This document shows positions 29,684-39,072 of a stretch of DNA of 64,000 nucleotides, piece by piece; within the stretch, counting starts at the first letter, position 1, and each line of letters starts with the position of its first letter. A program made the translations under genes and the position numbers. The notes under the pieces were generated by a model. The model saw nothing but the letters and a program-made list of their open reading frames with translations, was not told the DNA's origin and made no database searches. Origin of the DNA: an uncultured candidate division Zixibacteria bacterium (lineage in GTDB: Bacteria > Zixibacteria > MSB-5A5 > GN15 > FEB-12); the NCBI GenBank assembly GCA_963735035.1, contig CAVTJJ010000003.1, positions 64,001 to 128,000 of the forward strand, given 5' to 3'.

Positions 29684-29716
29684 AAAACGGGCAGAGCCAA
29701 GATATGGTCTGCCCGT
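29684..29716 (-). terminator. Probable intrinsic terminator after pdxS
   Basis: Minus strand acgggcagacc-loop-gctctgcccgt followed by tttt. Confidence 0.65.
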
Positions 29717-29743
29717 CTGAACACTATCACTTTTTCGCGATTT

Positions 29744-30631
29744 CTACCGCGTTTGCAACTGTTGCTCTGCCGGTATCGCGGCCGCGGCCTCGCCCTTCAT
29801 CGCCTCGCCCAATCCATGTGAGTACTCCGCGATGATTGCGAAATCTTTCCAATGAGTCGTCGCCGACACAATCGCTTTCGCGCGCTTCTCCGGATCGGAT
29901 GATTTGAAAATGCCCGAGCCGACAAACACCGCCTCGGCTCCCAGATGCATACACAACGCCGCGTCGGCCGGTGTGGCGATCCCGCCCGCGGCGAAATTCG
30001 GCACCGGCAATTTGCCGGTCTGCGCCACCAGCTTCACGAGCTCCAGCGGCACGCGGAATTCTTTGGCCACGCCGTAGTGTTCTTCAGGCGTCATCACCGT
30101 CAACGATTTCATCACCGAGACGATTTCGCGCAGATGTTTCACCGCCTGGGAAACGTCGCCGGTCCCCGCCTCGCCCTTGGTGCGGATCATAGCCGCGCCT
30201 TCGGAGATGCGCCGAAGCGCCTCGCCCAAATTGCGACAGCCGCAGACAAACGGCACTTTGAACGGCCATTTATCAACGTGGTATTTTTCGTCGGCCGGCG
30301 TGAGCACTTCGGATTCATCGATGAAATCGATTTCAATCGATTCGAGCACGCGCGCTTCGATGAAATGTCCTATGCGGCACTTGGCCATGACAGGGATTGT
30401 CACGACGCGCTTGATGTTTTCGATTACGTCCAGGTCGGCCATGCGGGCAACCCCGCCTTCGGCGCGGATATCCGACGGCACCCGTTCGAGCGCCATTACC
30501 GCGGTGGCCCCGGCAGCCTCGGCGATCTTCGCCTGCTCGGCGGTGGTGACGTCCATGATGACGCCGCCCTTGAGCATTTCCGCCAGACCGATCTTGACCT
30601 TGTGAGCTTTATCTTCAAATTGCTTCATCAT
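29744..30631 (-). CDS. pdxS: PLP synthase lyase subunit
   Basis: [29 protein letters not shown] and [12 protein letters not shown]. Confidence 0.98.
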   Translation of the reverse strand: MMKQFEDKAHKVKIGLAEMLKGGVIMDVTTAEQAKIAEAAGATAVMALERVPSDIRAEGGVARMADLDVIENIKRVVTIPVMAKCRIGHFIEARVLESIEIDFIDESEVLTPADEKYHVDKWPFKVPFVCGCRNLGEALRRISEGAAMIRTKGEAGTGDVSQAVKHLREIVSVMKSLTVMTPEEHYGVAKEFRVPLELVKLVAQTGKLPVPNFAAGGIATPADAALCMHLGAEAVFVGSGIFKSSDPEKRAKAIVSATTHWKDFAIIAEYSHGLGEAMKGEAAAAIPAEQQLQTR

Positions 30632-30807
30632 TGTCTCTTCTCCTGCTTAACCAACCCGACATATAATATAACACATCTGGACCAAATCATACAACGTCAA
30701 TCCGAAATACGCAGCCCACGTTCTTGGGTTGTCACAGATACAGAAACGCGACCCGCACCGGTGGGCGGGTCGCGCGGATTGTCTCAGATGCAATCGCCAA
30801 TGCAATC

Positions 30808-31215
30808 TTAGTGAAGCTTGCGATAGCGAGAGAAATTGTGCTTGGAGAGCGCCTTCTTGAACGCCTTCTCCTGCACCAGCCAGAACTCGCGCATCGAGCA
30901 CGTCTGGGCGCGGTCGCACGGGCAGGTTTCCATCTCGGTACAGAGATTGATATGAAGCGGACCTTCGATCGCTTCGATAACATCCAGGAAAGAAATGTCT
31001 TTCGGGGTGTTCGTCAGCCGATAACCGCCGGTCACTCCCTGAAACGACACCAGAATTCCGCTACGGGTCAGGTCCTTGAGAATCTTCGCAAGGAATTCGC
31101 GGGGAATACGCTCGGCGGCAGCGATTGAGTTGATGGAACCGAGTTTGGCCTTCGGCAACGTAGACAGATGCCTTACCGCTCTGAGTGCGTAGTCGGCCTT
31201 GCGTGATAGCTGCAT
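30808..31215 (-). CDS. Rrf2 family (IscR/NsrR-like) regulator with Cys-rich Fe-S region
   Basis: LSRKADYALRA, GVTGGYRL, VIEAIEG and CTEMETCPCDRAQTC. Confidence 0.92.
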   Translation of the reverse strand: MQLSRKADYALRAVRHLSTLPKAKLGSINSIAAAERIPREFLAKILKDLTRSGILVSFQGVTGGYRLTNTPKDISFLDVIEAIEGPLHINLCTEMETCPCDRAQTCSMREFWLVQEKAFKKALSKHNFSRYRKLH

Positions 31216-31566
31216 GTGTTTCTCCTTAATCCAGTTTCAGCCGTCTCCTATCGACGGGTCGGGGCTATTGTGGCATTGTTGCCCCGCGCTTCCATAATAG
31301 AGTACGCGACAATAGTAAAAAAGATTGAAAAAGTCCATCAAAATATTTGCCAAAAGGTCTTTAATGTCCGCAATCGGGACACTTTCATGGACCTATTAAA
31401 CCAGCCTAGAAACATCTCTCTAACCCTGATACTAACAAAGGGTTAATCCGTGCCCAATTCCGCTCACAAAATCAAGAACAACCGTCAGGGGCCTGTTGTT
31501 ACATTTTCTTGAAGGACAGAAAAACTGTCGAACAAACATGGACCAAAATTGGAGATTTGTAGTAAT

Positions 31567-31926
31567 ATGTTGCAACAGAATCAATTACCGCCAGTCGAAA
31601 CCTTGATAACCGTCACCCCGGCGGCTATCGACGAAGCCAAGCGGCTCATGGCTATGGAGAAAAGAGACGGTCTATTCCTACGTCTGGGGGTTTCCTCAGG
31701 CGGCTGCTCAGGCATGTCATACTCGATGTCTTTTGACGACCAGCCTTCGGAGCTGGATCGGGAGTTCGAGTTCGACGGCCTGAAGGTACGAGTCGATTTG
31801 AAGGCCCTTATGTACCTGAAAGGGTGCACGGTCGATTTCAAGAACGGCCTGATGGGCGGCGGTTTCAAGTTCGTCAACCCGAGCGCCAAGCGCTCGTGCA
31901 GTTGCGGCTCGTCATTTACCTGCTAA
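31567..31926 (+). CDS. iscA: A-type Fe-S carrier (IscA/SufA/ErpA family)
   Basis: GGCSGMSY and NPSAKRSCSCGSSF. Confidence 0.92.
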   Translation: MLQQNQLPPVETLITVTPAAIDEAKRLMAMEKRDGLFLRLGVSSGGCSGMSYSMSFDDQPSELDREFEFDGLKVRVDLKALMYLKGCTVDFKNGLMGGGFKFVNPSAKRSCSCGSSFTC

Positions 31927-31941
31927 GCGGGTGATGTCGCG

Positions 31942-32196
31942 GTGGACTACAACGTCATTGAACCGAACCAGTTCCTCAAGACGGAAATGTTCCGCCAGGA
32001 TGATTTCCTCGACGGGATTGCCCGCCACAACTGGGAGCAGTATCGCGGGCTGAAGATCCTGGTGAGCGGCTGCGGAGATACAATCACGCCACCCTGGGCC
32101 TTTATGGTGATCGCCTCGCGACTGGTCGGTATCGCCCGATCCGTCCGCTATGGCAACGAACATGACAACGTGGTAGTCTATCGCGAATCGCGTTGA
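31942..32196 (+). CDS. Short DUF2480-like protein
   Basis: HNWEQY, GCGDTITPPWAFMVIASRL and VRYG resemble the DUF2480 core as I recall it. Confidence 0.65.
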   Translation: MDYNVIEPNQFLKTEMFRQDDFLDGIARHNWEQYRGLKILVSGCGDTITPPWAFMVIASRLVGIARSVRYGNEHDNVVVYRESR

Positions 32197-32207
32197 GGTT
32201 GTTAGCT

Positions 32208-32507
32208 ATGCCAAAAATAAAGTTTCTTCCGATCGATACCGAAATCGAGGTGGCCGAGGGAACCACACTCCTCGATGCTGCCCTGGACCACAACATCCCG
32301 TTGAATCATAATTGCGGCGGCAACTGCGCCTGTTCGACCTGCCACGTTGTCGTTGAGGAAGGGTACGAGAGTCTGGGCAAAGTCTACGACGACGAGGCCG
32401 AGATGCTCGAAGAGGCTTCCGGCCTGACCGCGTTTTCCCGTCTCGCCTGCCGGTGCCTGGTTCAGGAAGACGTGGTGGTTCGAATTCCAGAACCGGAGCG
32501 GATCTGA
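32208..32507 (+). CDS. fdx: 2Fe-2S ferredoxin (ISC/adrenodoxin type)
   Basis: HNCGGNCACSTCHV and SRLAC. Confidence 0.92.
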   Translation: MPKIKFLPIDTEIEVAEGTTLLDAALDHNIPLNHNCGGNCACSTCHVVVEEGYESLGKVYDDEAEMLEEASGLTAFSRLACRCLVQEDVVVRIPEPERI

Positions 32508-32571
32508 CCTCCTCATTCACGGAATGAACTTTGAGAGTTATTCACCTGAGTTACGGTGGGTTTGTAAGGAG

Positions 32572-33519
32572 TCACGGAGATACCAGTATTGTTCTATCGC
32601 TGCCGACAATCACCCAGCGCTCATGCGACAAGGCGATCTGGTACAAGTCGGAACTGGTTTTCGTCATTATGACCCGCCATTTCAAACCATCAGAAGAAAC
32701 CAAGACCTGGCCCTTATTCCCACAGGCAAGAAACTGCTCACCGGTCCATACAATATCATTTACAGGTTGGTATCCAGTCAGCGTATCCGAGTTCCAGTTT
32801 ATGCCGTCTGTGGAAGTATGTATCATTATGGTGGTAGAATCGAATCGGTCATTGCCGACGGCAACAAATAAGCTGTCATTGCAGGCCATGTAATCTGTAG
32901 TCAGGTATATTCCACCGCCGTTGACTCTGTGAACTGTCCAAGTGACGCCATCAGGCGACGTGTGCGAGAGGAGTCCGTTGGTAGCGACAAACTGGCTGCC
33001 ATTCCAGCAAATCGCGTCTATTCGGTAATTGGTGTGGTATATCCATTCCCAGGTAGCTCCGTCATGAGATGTATATATACCATCTCCCGCAGACACAAGA
33101 GCCAACATTCCAGCCCCGTCCACAATATCCTCCACCGGCCAGCTGTTGCGATAGTTGCATCTTAACCAAACAAGACTGTCTGTGGAGTAGGCGAGCGACT
33201 CGCCGGCCCACCGGGCGACGTACACTCCGGCATAATGATGTAACATGTCCATGTGCCCGGACAAAGCGTTGGCTTTCGCCTTCCAGTTACGAGCATCCGT
33301 AGCAACTAGTGTTGTGTCGGCTGCCGTGACAGCTACAAATCGCATGCCATCCCAAACAATTCCGATAGCTGAAGTCGGTAGTGACTGAACACTCCAGTGA
33401 TCGCCGGGCTTTTGTGGATGGGATTGAGTGGGATGCGAATCATCGTCTGAGCAAGCCACTATCAAAAGTAGCGCAAAAACGAACATCGGACCGATATAAT
33501 ATGCCTTATAGCGTGACAC
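32572..33519 (-). CDS. Lipoprotein with Asp-box-like (SxDGxxW) beta-propeller repeats
   Basis: Lipobox IVAC; SHDGATW, SPDGVTW, STDGINW and SSDGLKW. Confidence 0.75.
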   Translation of the reverse strand: MSRYKAYYIGPMFVFALLLIVACSDDDSHPTQSHPQKPGDHWSVQSLPTSAIGIVWDGMRFVAVTAADTTLVATDARNWKAKANALSGHMDMLHHYAGVYVARWAGESLAYSTDSLVWLRCNYRNSWPVEDIVDGAGMLALVSAGDGIYTSHDGATWEWIYHTNYRIDAICWNGSQFVATNGLLSHTSPDGVTWTVHRVNGGGIYLTTDYMACNDSLFVAVGNDRFDSTTIMIHTSTDGINWNSDTLTGYQPVNDIVWTGEQFLACGNKGQVLVSSDGLKWRVIMTKTSSDLYQIALSHERWVIVGSDRTILVSP

Positions 33520-33764
33520 TCTTCTACTCCCTGGTAGAAACCAAATGTTAGCTATATTATATTACAACTTCGGCCCCGGTGCAAGTATCGTAGCTCAGGC
33601 GGACTTGACGCCTGACACTCGCTCTGAGTTTCGGAAAGAACGTCAGGCCCCGAGTAGGCCTGACCTACGTTATTTGGGGACGTAAACCGCCCCTTTCCTG
33701 GGCGCAATACCTGGGGGATTCTGCCGATAATCATGACGATAGACCGAAATTGTCGGATTGCGTC

Positions 33765-34526
33765 ATGATGCGAAAACTCAGGTCAGAAATCGGCTACACG
33801 CTCATCGAACTGGTGCTGGTGCTGGTAATAATCGGCATCCTCTCCGCAGTCGGTCTGCGCTCTCTGACAGCGGTAAACCAGACCGCCCGAACCGAAGAGA
33901 CCCGCCAGGAGATGGATCGTCTCGCCCACGCCATCGCCGGGGACCCGACTCTGACCGGTGGCGGCACGCGCACCGATTTCGGCTATATCGGCGACAACGG
34001 GGGCCTTCCGGCGAATCTGGACGCCCTCGCTTCCAACCCCGGCGGCTGGACCACCTGGAAAGGGCCGTACATCACGAACGAATTTACTTCTGGAGGCGGC
34101 TCGACCGATTTCAAATTCGACGCCTGGGGAAAGGCCTATACTTTCACGGGTGGCAATACGATCACGTCCTCGGGAGGCGGCACGACTTTGACCCGCGCCG
34201 TGGCCGGCTCAGCGGGGCAATTACTTTACAACCGGGTTCGTCTGGTAATTACCGACATCGATCATACTCCCCCCGGCCCGACGTACGACGATTCATTGAC
34301 GCTGGTGCTGACCGTCCCCAATGGTGGCGGCGGGGTAACCAATCGCTCCCGTCGGCCCAACCCCGATGGCACGGTCACGTTTGATTCAATTCCAATCGGC
34401 GTTCATACCCTGCGCCTTATATATGCACCCACGTTGGACACGCTGACTCGAAAAGTGGTCGTAGAACCGGCGAGTGACAGCTACCTCGACATTTCGATGG
34501 CCGAAAACCTCTGGTGGGGAACTTGA
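33765..34526 (+). CDS. Type IV pilin/GspG-like pseudopilin 1 (chassis only)
   Basis: G|YTLIE prepilin site with a hydrophobic helix; WKGPY...DAWG; beta-sandwich tail. Confidence 0.85.
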   Translation: MMRKLRSEIGYTLIELVLVLVIIGILSAVGLRSLTAVNQTARTEETRQEMDRLAHAIAGDPTLTGGGTRTDFGYIGDNGGLPANLDALASNPGGWTTWKGPYITNEFTSGGGSTDFKFDAWGKAYTFTGGNTITSSGGGTTLTRAVAGSAGQLLYNRVRLVITDIDHTPPGPTYDDSLTLVLTVPNGGGGVTNRSRRPNPDGTVTFDSIPIGVHTLRLIYAPTLDTLTRKVVVEPASDSYLDISMAENLWWGT

Positions 34527-34528
34527 GT

Positions 34529-35773
34529 ATGGCCCCACTCAAAACCATACGCGGCTTCAGCCTGATCGAGCTGCTCGTGATCATCGTGGTGATCGGGATT
34601 CTCGCCGGAGTTGCCATGCAATCGATGACCGCCTCAGTAGAAGACTTGCGCCGGGTCAAGACCGAGCGTGAGATGGAGATGCTGTCGCGGGCGATTGTCG
34701 GCGACCCGTCGCTTGTGCAGAACGCGCGCCGCTCGGATTTCGGCTACGTGGGAGACATTGGCGCTTTCCCGCCCAACCTGCAGGCGCTGTATCAAAATCC
34801 GGGGTTCGCCACCTGGAACGGGCCGTACATTCCCGCCACCTTTGCACAGGACAGCACCGGATTCAAGACGGACGAATGGGGCCGCGCATATACCTACTCC
34901 GGAGGCATCACCATAACTTCGACCGGCAGCGGAGCCACGCTCACGAAGAAGATCGCCGACGCTACGTCAGACTACCTTCGTAACCGTGTCACTGGGACGA
35001 TAACCGACGCCGCCGGGGCAACTCCGGGTGCAACCTACGCCGATTCAATCAACCTGGTCGTCACCTATCCGAACGGTGCCGGGAGCATCGCCACGAAGAC
35101 ATATCATCCGCTCGCGTCCGGCGATTTTGTCCTGGATTCTCTACCGGTTGGAACGCATTTGCTTCGGGCTATCTACCGACCCGACAATGATACCATCCAG
35201 CGTTACGTGACGGTCTTGCCTCGCAACCGAAGCACGGTGGTCTATCAATTTGCTACGGATTGCCTCGGTGAGATAGCAGCGCCGACCTGCGACAGTTCCG
35301 GCACAATCACACTACGGCCGATGGCCCCCGGCCGCACCGGCCTCAGCCGTCACGGCGCCAAGCCTAACTGGCGATGTGTAAGGGAAGTCACTTCGGACAA
35401 CAACAAGACGTACGTTTACCGTAGCGGCTCGTACGCCACCGACGCCTACGCCATAGGCGATGTAACCGCGACAACCTGCCGGATTGCGAGTGTGGCCGTG
35501 TACGCTCGCGCCATGAAGACTTCGTCCGGCGGAACCGGGCTTCTTCGGACGGTCATTCGGATCGGGTCAACCAACTACCAGGCTCCCGAGACAGCCGTAA
35601 CCAACACCTGGGCGATGTACAGCGACTCATGGGCTACGAATCCTGCTACGGGCGTAGCCTGGACCTGGGCCGATATCGACAATCTTCAGGCGGGAGTCAG
35701 TCTATATTCGAGTTCAGGATCATTCTCTACCAGATGTACGCAGGTTTATGTGGTGGTCACTTACGCGCCTTAA
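34529..35773 (+). CDS. Type IV pilin/GspG-like pseudopilin 2 with an extra C-terminal domain
   Basis: G|FSLIE; same chassis; unique Cys-containing domain of ~165 aa (NPATGVAWTWADIDNLQAG). Confidence 0.85.
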   Translation: MAPLKTIRGFSLIELLVIIVVIGILAGVAMQSMTASVEDLRRVKTEREMEMLSRAIVGDPSLVQNARRSDFGYVGDIGAFPPNLQALYQNPGFATWNGPYIPATFAQDSTGFKTDEWGRAYTYSGGITITSTGSGATLTKKIADATSDYLRNRVTGTITDAAGATPGATYADSINLVVTYPNGAGSIATKTYHPLASGDFVLDSLPVGTHLLRAIYRPDNDTIQRYVTVLPRNRSTVVYQFATDCLGEIAAPTCDSSGTITLRPMAPGRTGLSRHGAKPNWRCVREVTSDNNKTYVYRSGSYATDAYAIGDVTATTCRIASVAVYARAMKTSSGGTGLLRTVIRIGSTNYQAPETAVTNTWAMYSDSWATNPATGVAWTWADIDNLQAGVSLYSSSGSFSTRCTQVYVVVTYAP

Positions 35774-35782
35774 GGAACGGCC

Positions 35783-36937
35783 ATGTTCAGACAGAAAAGC
35801 ATAAATAGCGGCGGCTTTACTCTGATCGAACTGGTTTTGGTTGTAGTAATAATCGGACTGCTGGCCGCGGTGGCAATGCGCAGCGGCGGCGCTTTGTTTG
35901 AGTCGGCCAAGCTGGAAGAAACCAAGCAGGAAATGACCGCGTTGGCCTGTGCCATAGCCGGCAACCCGGAGTTGCAGAGCAATGGTGTACGCAGCGATTT
36001 CGGCTACGTGGGCGACATTGGCGCCCTCCCGCCCAATCTCGACGCCCTCTATACCAATCCCGGAAGCTATGCTACCTGGAAAGGGCCCTACATCGGGAAT
36101 AGGTTCGCTCAGACCGCCACAGATTTCAAGACCGACGCCTGGGGCAGGACATACACCTACAATGGCGTTACAATCACCTCGACAGGTTCCGGGACGAGTT
36201 TCGTTCGTCAAGTGGCGGCTACCAGCCCCGATCTGCTGCTCAACAGCGTTTCGGGGACGATTACCGACAACGACGGCACACCTCCGGGAAGTGACTACCG
36301 CGATTCAGTCGAAGTGCTTCTGGCGTACCCCAACGGATCCGGTTCGATGACCAGCGTAATCAGCTTTCCCGACGCCGGCGGATACTTTTCGTTCGACTCG
36401 TTGCCGATCGGAAATCATCGCCTGTCGCTTGTCTATCTGCCGACGAGAGATACCTTGAAGCGCGTGGTTTCGATTACACCGGGATCATCTCCCTATGGAG
36501 ATTATCGCTTAACAGCAAATCTATGGTACGACAGCACGGGAGCGGACAGCACCGGCGGCATCGAACTAATTCCCAATTCCGATACCCTCATGGGGGATTG
36601 TCACGGCTTTACTTTCTGGATAGTCAACAACTCTGGAAGCTCGGTCGATATCAGTTCGCTCATAGCCACATATTCCGGACTGACCGCATACTATCGATAT
36701 GTAAGATGGGGTGGAAGCACTGTCTTCGACCAGAACAATCCCGCCAATGGGAGCGGATCGATAGCGACTTTTACATCTGCCAGAACAATCACCGCCGGCC
36801 AGAGTGTCCAGATCACAATTGACGATTTCAGATCGCAGCCGACCGGCGGATCGCCGGTCAACATCAATAATCGAACCTTCTCAGTAGCATTGTCAGATGG
36901 TTCCACCTTCACCGTTAACACGGGAGGTTGCCCATGA
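35783..36937 (+). CDS. Type IV pilin/GspG-like pseudopilin 3 with a different extra C-terminal domain
   Basis: G|FTLIE; same chassis; unique beta-rich domain of ~130 aa with 2 Cys. Confidence 0.85.
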   Translation: MFRQKSINSGGFTLIELVLVVVIIGLLAAVAMRSGGALFESAKLEETKQEMTALACAIAGNPELQSNGVRSDFGYVGDIGALPPNLDALYTNPGSYATWKGPYIGNRFAQTATDFKTDAWGRTYTYNGVTITSTGSGTSFVRQVAATSPDLLLNSVSGTITDNDGTPPGSDYRDSVEVLLAYPNGSGSMTSVISFPDAGGYFSFDSLPIGNHRLSLVYLPTRDTLKRVVSITPGSSPYGDYRLTANLWYDSTGADSTGGIELIPNSDTLMGDCHGFTFWIVNNSGSSVDISSLIATYSGLTAYYRYVRWGGSTVFDQNNPANGSGSIATFTSARTITAGQSVQITIDDFRSQPTGGSPVNINNRTFSVALSDGSTFTVNTGGCP

Positions 36938-37671
36938 GATACACACTTGTCGACGCTCGCGGATTTACGCTGATCGAGTTGGTCATTGTGATACTCGTGA
37001 TCGGAATTCTGGCGTCCGTGGCTACTTTGCGCATGAAGGAAACGGTCGACAGTTCCAAGTATGAACAGACCAAGAAAGAACTCGATCAACTGGCCATGGC
37101 TATTGCCGGCAATCCTGAAGTCTACACGAACGGCGCCCGAAGTGATTTCGGATTCGTGGGCGACAATGGCCGTCTGCCGGCGAATCTCGATCAACTGGTT
37201 CAGAACCCGGGCGGTTGGTCGACCTGGGCGGGTCCTTACATGCAAGCGGGCATGGCGGCGGATGATTTCAAGAAGGACGCCTGGAACGCCATCTACACCT
37301 ATGCCGACACACTGATCCGTTCCACCGGATCGGGCGCCAATATCGACAAACGGATTGCGACGTCGTCATCGGCGCTTCTATCGAACAGTATTACGGGAGT
37401 CGTGGTCGACGCCGACCTGCAGTCACCGGGAATAGCACATGCCGATTCGTTGCGGGTACAATTGACCTATCCGAATGGCTCAGGCGCACTGACCACTAGC
37501 ACGATTACGCCGGATGCGCTGGGAAGATTTGCCTTTTCGGGGGTTCCGATCGGCAACAGGCTGTTGCGGGTAATACATATTCCGGCGACCGATACGATGA
37601 GCTACCAGGTCGCGGTCTGCCCGGGTCGTGATGTCGACCTGCAGATTATCTTCCCCGCCGACCTGTGGTGA
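36934..37671 (+). CDS. Type IV pilin/GspG-like pseudopilin 4 (chassis only)
   Basis: G|FTLIE; same chassis; ATGA overlap with pilin 3. Confidence 0.85.
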   Translation: MRYTLVDARGFTLIELVIVILVIGILASVATLRMKETVDSSKYEQTKKELDQLAMAIAGNPEVYTNGARSDFGFVGDNGRLPANLDQLVQNPGGWSTWAGPYMQAGMAADDFKKDAWNAIYTYADTLIRSTGSGANIDKRIATSSSALLSNSITGVVVDADLQSPGIAHADSLRVQLTYPNGSGALTTSTITPDALGRFAFSGVPIGNRLLRVIHIPATDTMSYQVAVCPGRDVDLQIIFPADLW

Positions 37672-37676
37672 TTCCA

Positions 37677-37782
37677 GTGCCCGGTCCGCCGCTGCGGACT
37701 GCTCCTTGGTGCTAGTGCCCGGTCCGCCACGGCGAACTGACCCTTGGTACTAGTGCCCGGCAGATGCCCACATCTGCCGGCT
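37677..37782 (+). repeat. Three tandem GTGCCCGG-type REP units (38-bp period)
   Basis: Units at 37677, 37715 and 37753. Confidence 0.75.
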
Positions 37783-37820
37783 CGTATCGATGCTGCCGAG
37801 CGAACCTCTACAACCCCACC

Positions 37821-38975
37821 CTATGACTCCCGGATCGTCAGTTCAATCCCCCGCCGCTTCAACTGAGCGAAGAATTGCGACGGCTTCACGGCGATCTCCT
37901 GCGGAAGCACTCCACGTGCGGTTATCTGTCCCGAGGCCGCCATGTGAGCAATTATAGCCGCCGGGAACGCGGTGCAACGCATCATGGCTGACAGCCCGGT
38001 CTTGGAGTCTTGTCGATCGACAATCTCATAGGTGATCGACTTATTCTGTCCAGCTTTTTCGCCATCGACTGTCACCCGCACGAGCACCATGTCAACATCG
38101 TTGAAAGAAAGGGCACGGCTGAGAACGCTACGAAACACCGCTCTCGGCTCTACTTGTCGGCCATCGATCTCGACCAGCTTGCGCGACGCCAGTCCGAGCT
38201 CCAGCATAGTTTTCACCGGCGTACAGTGGCCGGGGTAGCGGATCGTCTTGTAGTCCAGGAAATCGATCTTGCCGGCGTAGGTATCGGGCAGGGTCGATGA
38301 ACCACCCGAGGTATAAAACGCCTCAAGCTCGCCGATGCCCTCGAATTCGAGTTGCTCCAGACCGGTCATCGGATTTACCGTGCGACGTTGCCCATTTTCT
38401 AGTATGACACACGGCTCCCAATACTCGTTGATGAGTCCTTCGACCGAGAATACGATCTGGTAATTGAGAGGCGGACGCGGTGACTGTGGCAGTCCTCCCA
38501 CCCGAATACGCGCGGCTTTAACTTTGTCCAGGCGCTCGACCCCGTCGGCAACCATCAGCGACACCATACCCGGAGCCAATCCGCAGTCTGGAATCGCGAT
38601 AATTCCCGCATTGACGGCGTCAGGTGACATCGATAGTTGTTCTTCAACAACATCGTTATTGCCGCCCAGATCGACAAGATGACATCCGGCGGCGATAGCA
38701 GCGCGGGTCAGTCCGGCGTTGTGCTGATAAGTGGTGCAGGCGACGGCCGCGTCGAAACCTTTCAGAGCGGCGGCGACTGACTCTTCAGAGCTTGCATCGA
38801 GCTGTCCGGCGACTGCGCGACCGTCTGAGAACCGGCGGCTCACATCGAGCGCCCGATCCTTCACAATGTCAAATATTGCCAGGTTTTCGACTCCCGCCAC
38901 TTGCGCCAGGTCGTACAAGGCCGCCTGACCCATCATTCCAGCTCCGATAACCGCCATCTTCATTGCTGTCGACAC
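37821..38975 (-). CDS. Saccharopine dehydrogenase / lysine 6-dehydrogenase family
   Basis: GAGMMG, DLGG, DCGLAPG, FSVEGLINEY and KTIRYPGH. Confidence 0.9.
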   Translation of the reverse strand: MSTAMKMAVIGAGMMGQAALYDLAQVAGVENLAIFDIVKDRALDVSRRFSDGRAVAGQLDASSEESVAAALKGFDAAVACTTYQHNAGLTRAAIAAGCHLVDLGGNNDVVEEQLSMSPDAVNAGIIAIPDCGLAPGMVSLMVADGVERLDKVKAARIRVGGLPQSPRPPLNYQIVFSVEGLINEYWEPCVILENGQRRTVNPMTGLEQLEFEGIGELEAFYTSGGSSTLPDTYAGKIDFLDYKTIRYPGHCTPVKTMLELGLASRKLVEIDGRQVEPRAVFRSVLSRALSFNDVDMVLVRVTVDGEKAGQNKSITYEIVDRQDSKTGLSAMMRCTAFPAAIIAHMAASGQITARGVLPQEIAVKPSQFFAQLKRRGIELTIRES

Positions 38976-39072
38976 TCCATTCTAAAGCTTCGTACCCGTC
39001 GTGGGCAGACAATAAGCGGATATGGCGTCGGAAAATCAACAAGCAGTGTTGAGAACGAGAGATGGGCAGGCG

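Noticed and set aside
33765..37671. Diversity-generating retroelement or shufflon acting on the pilins
   Set aside because: No reverse transcriptase, recombinase, adenine-specific TR/VR pair or inversion sites; all four genes are complete with their own signal peptides.
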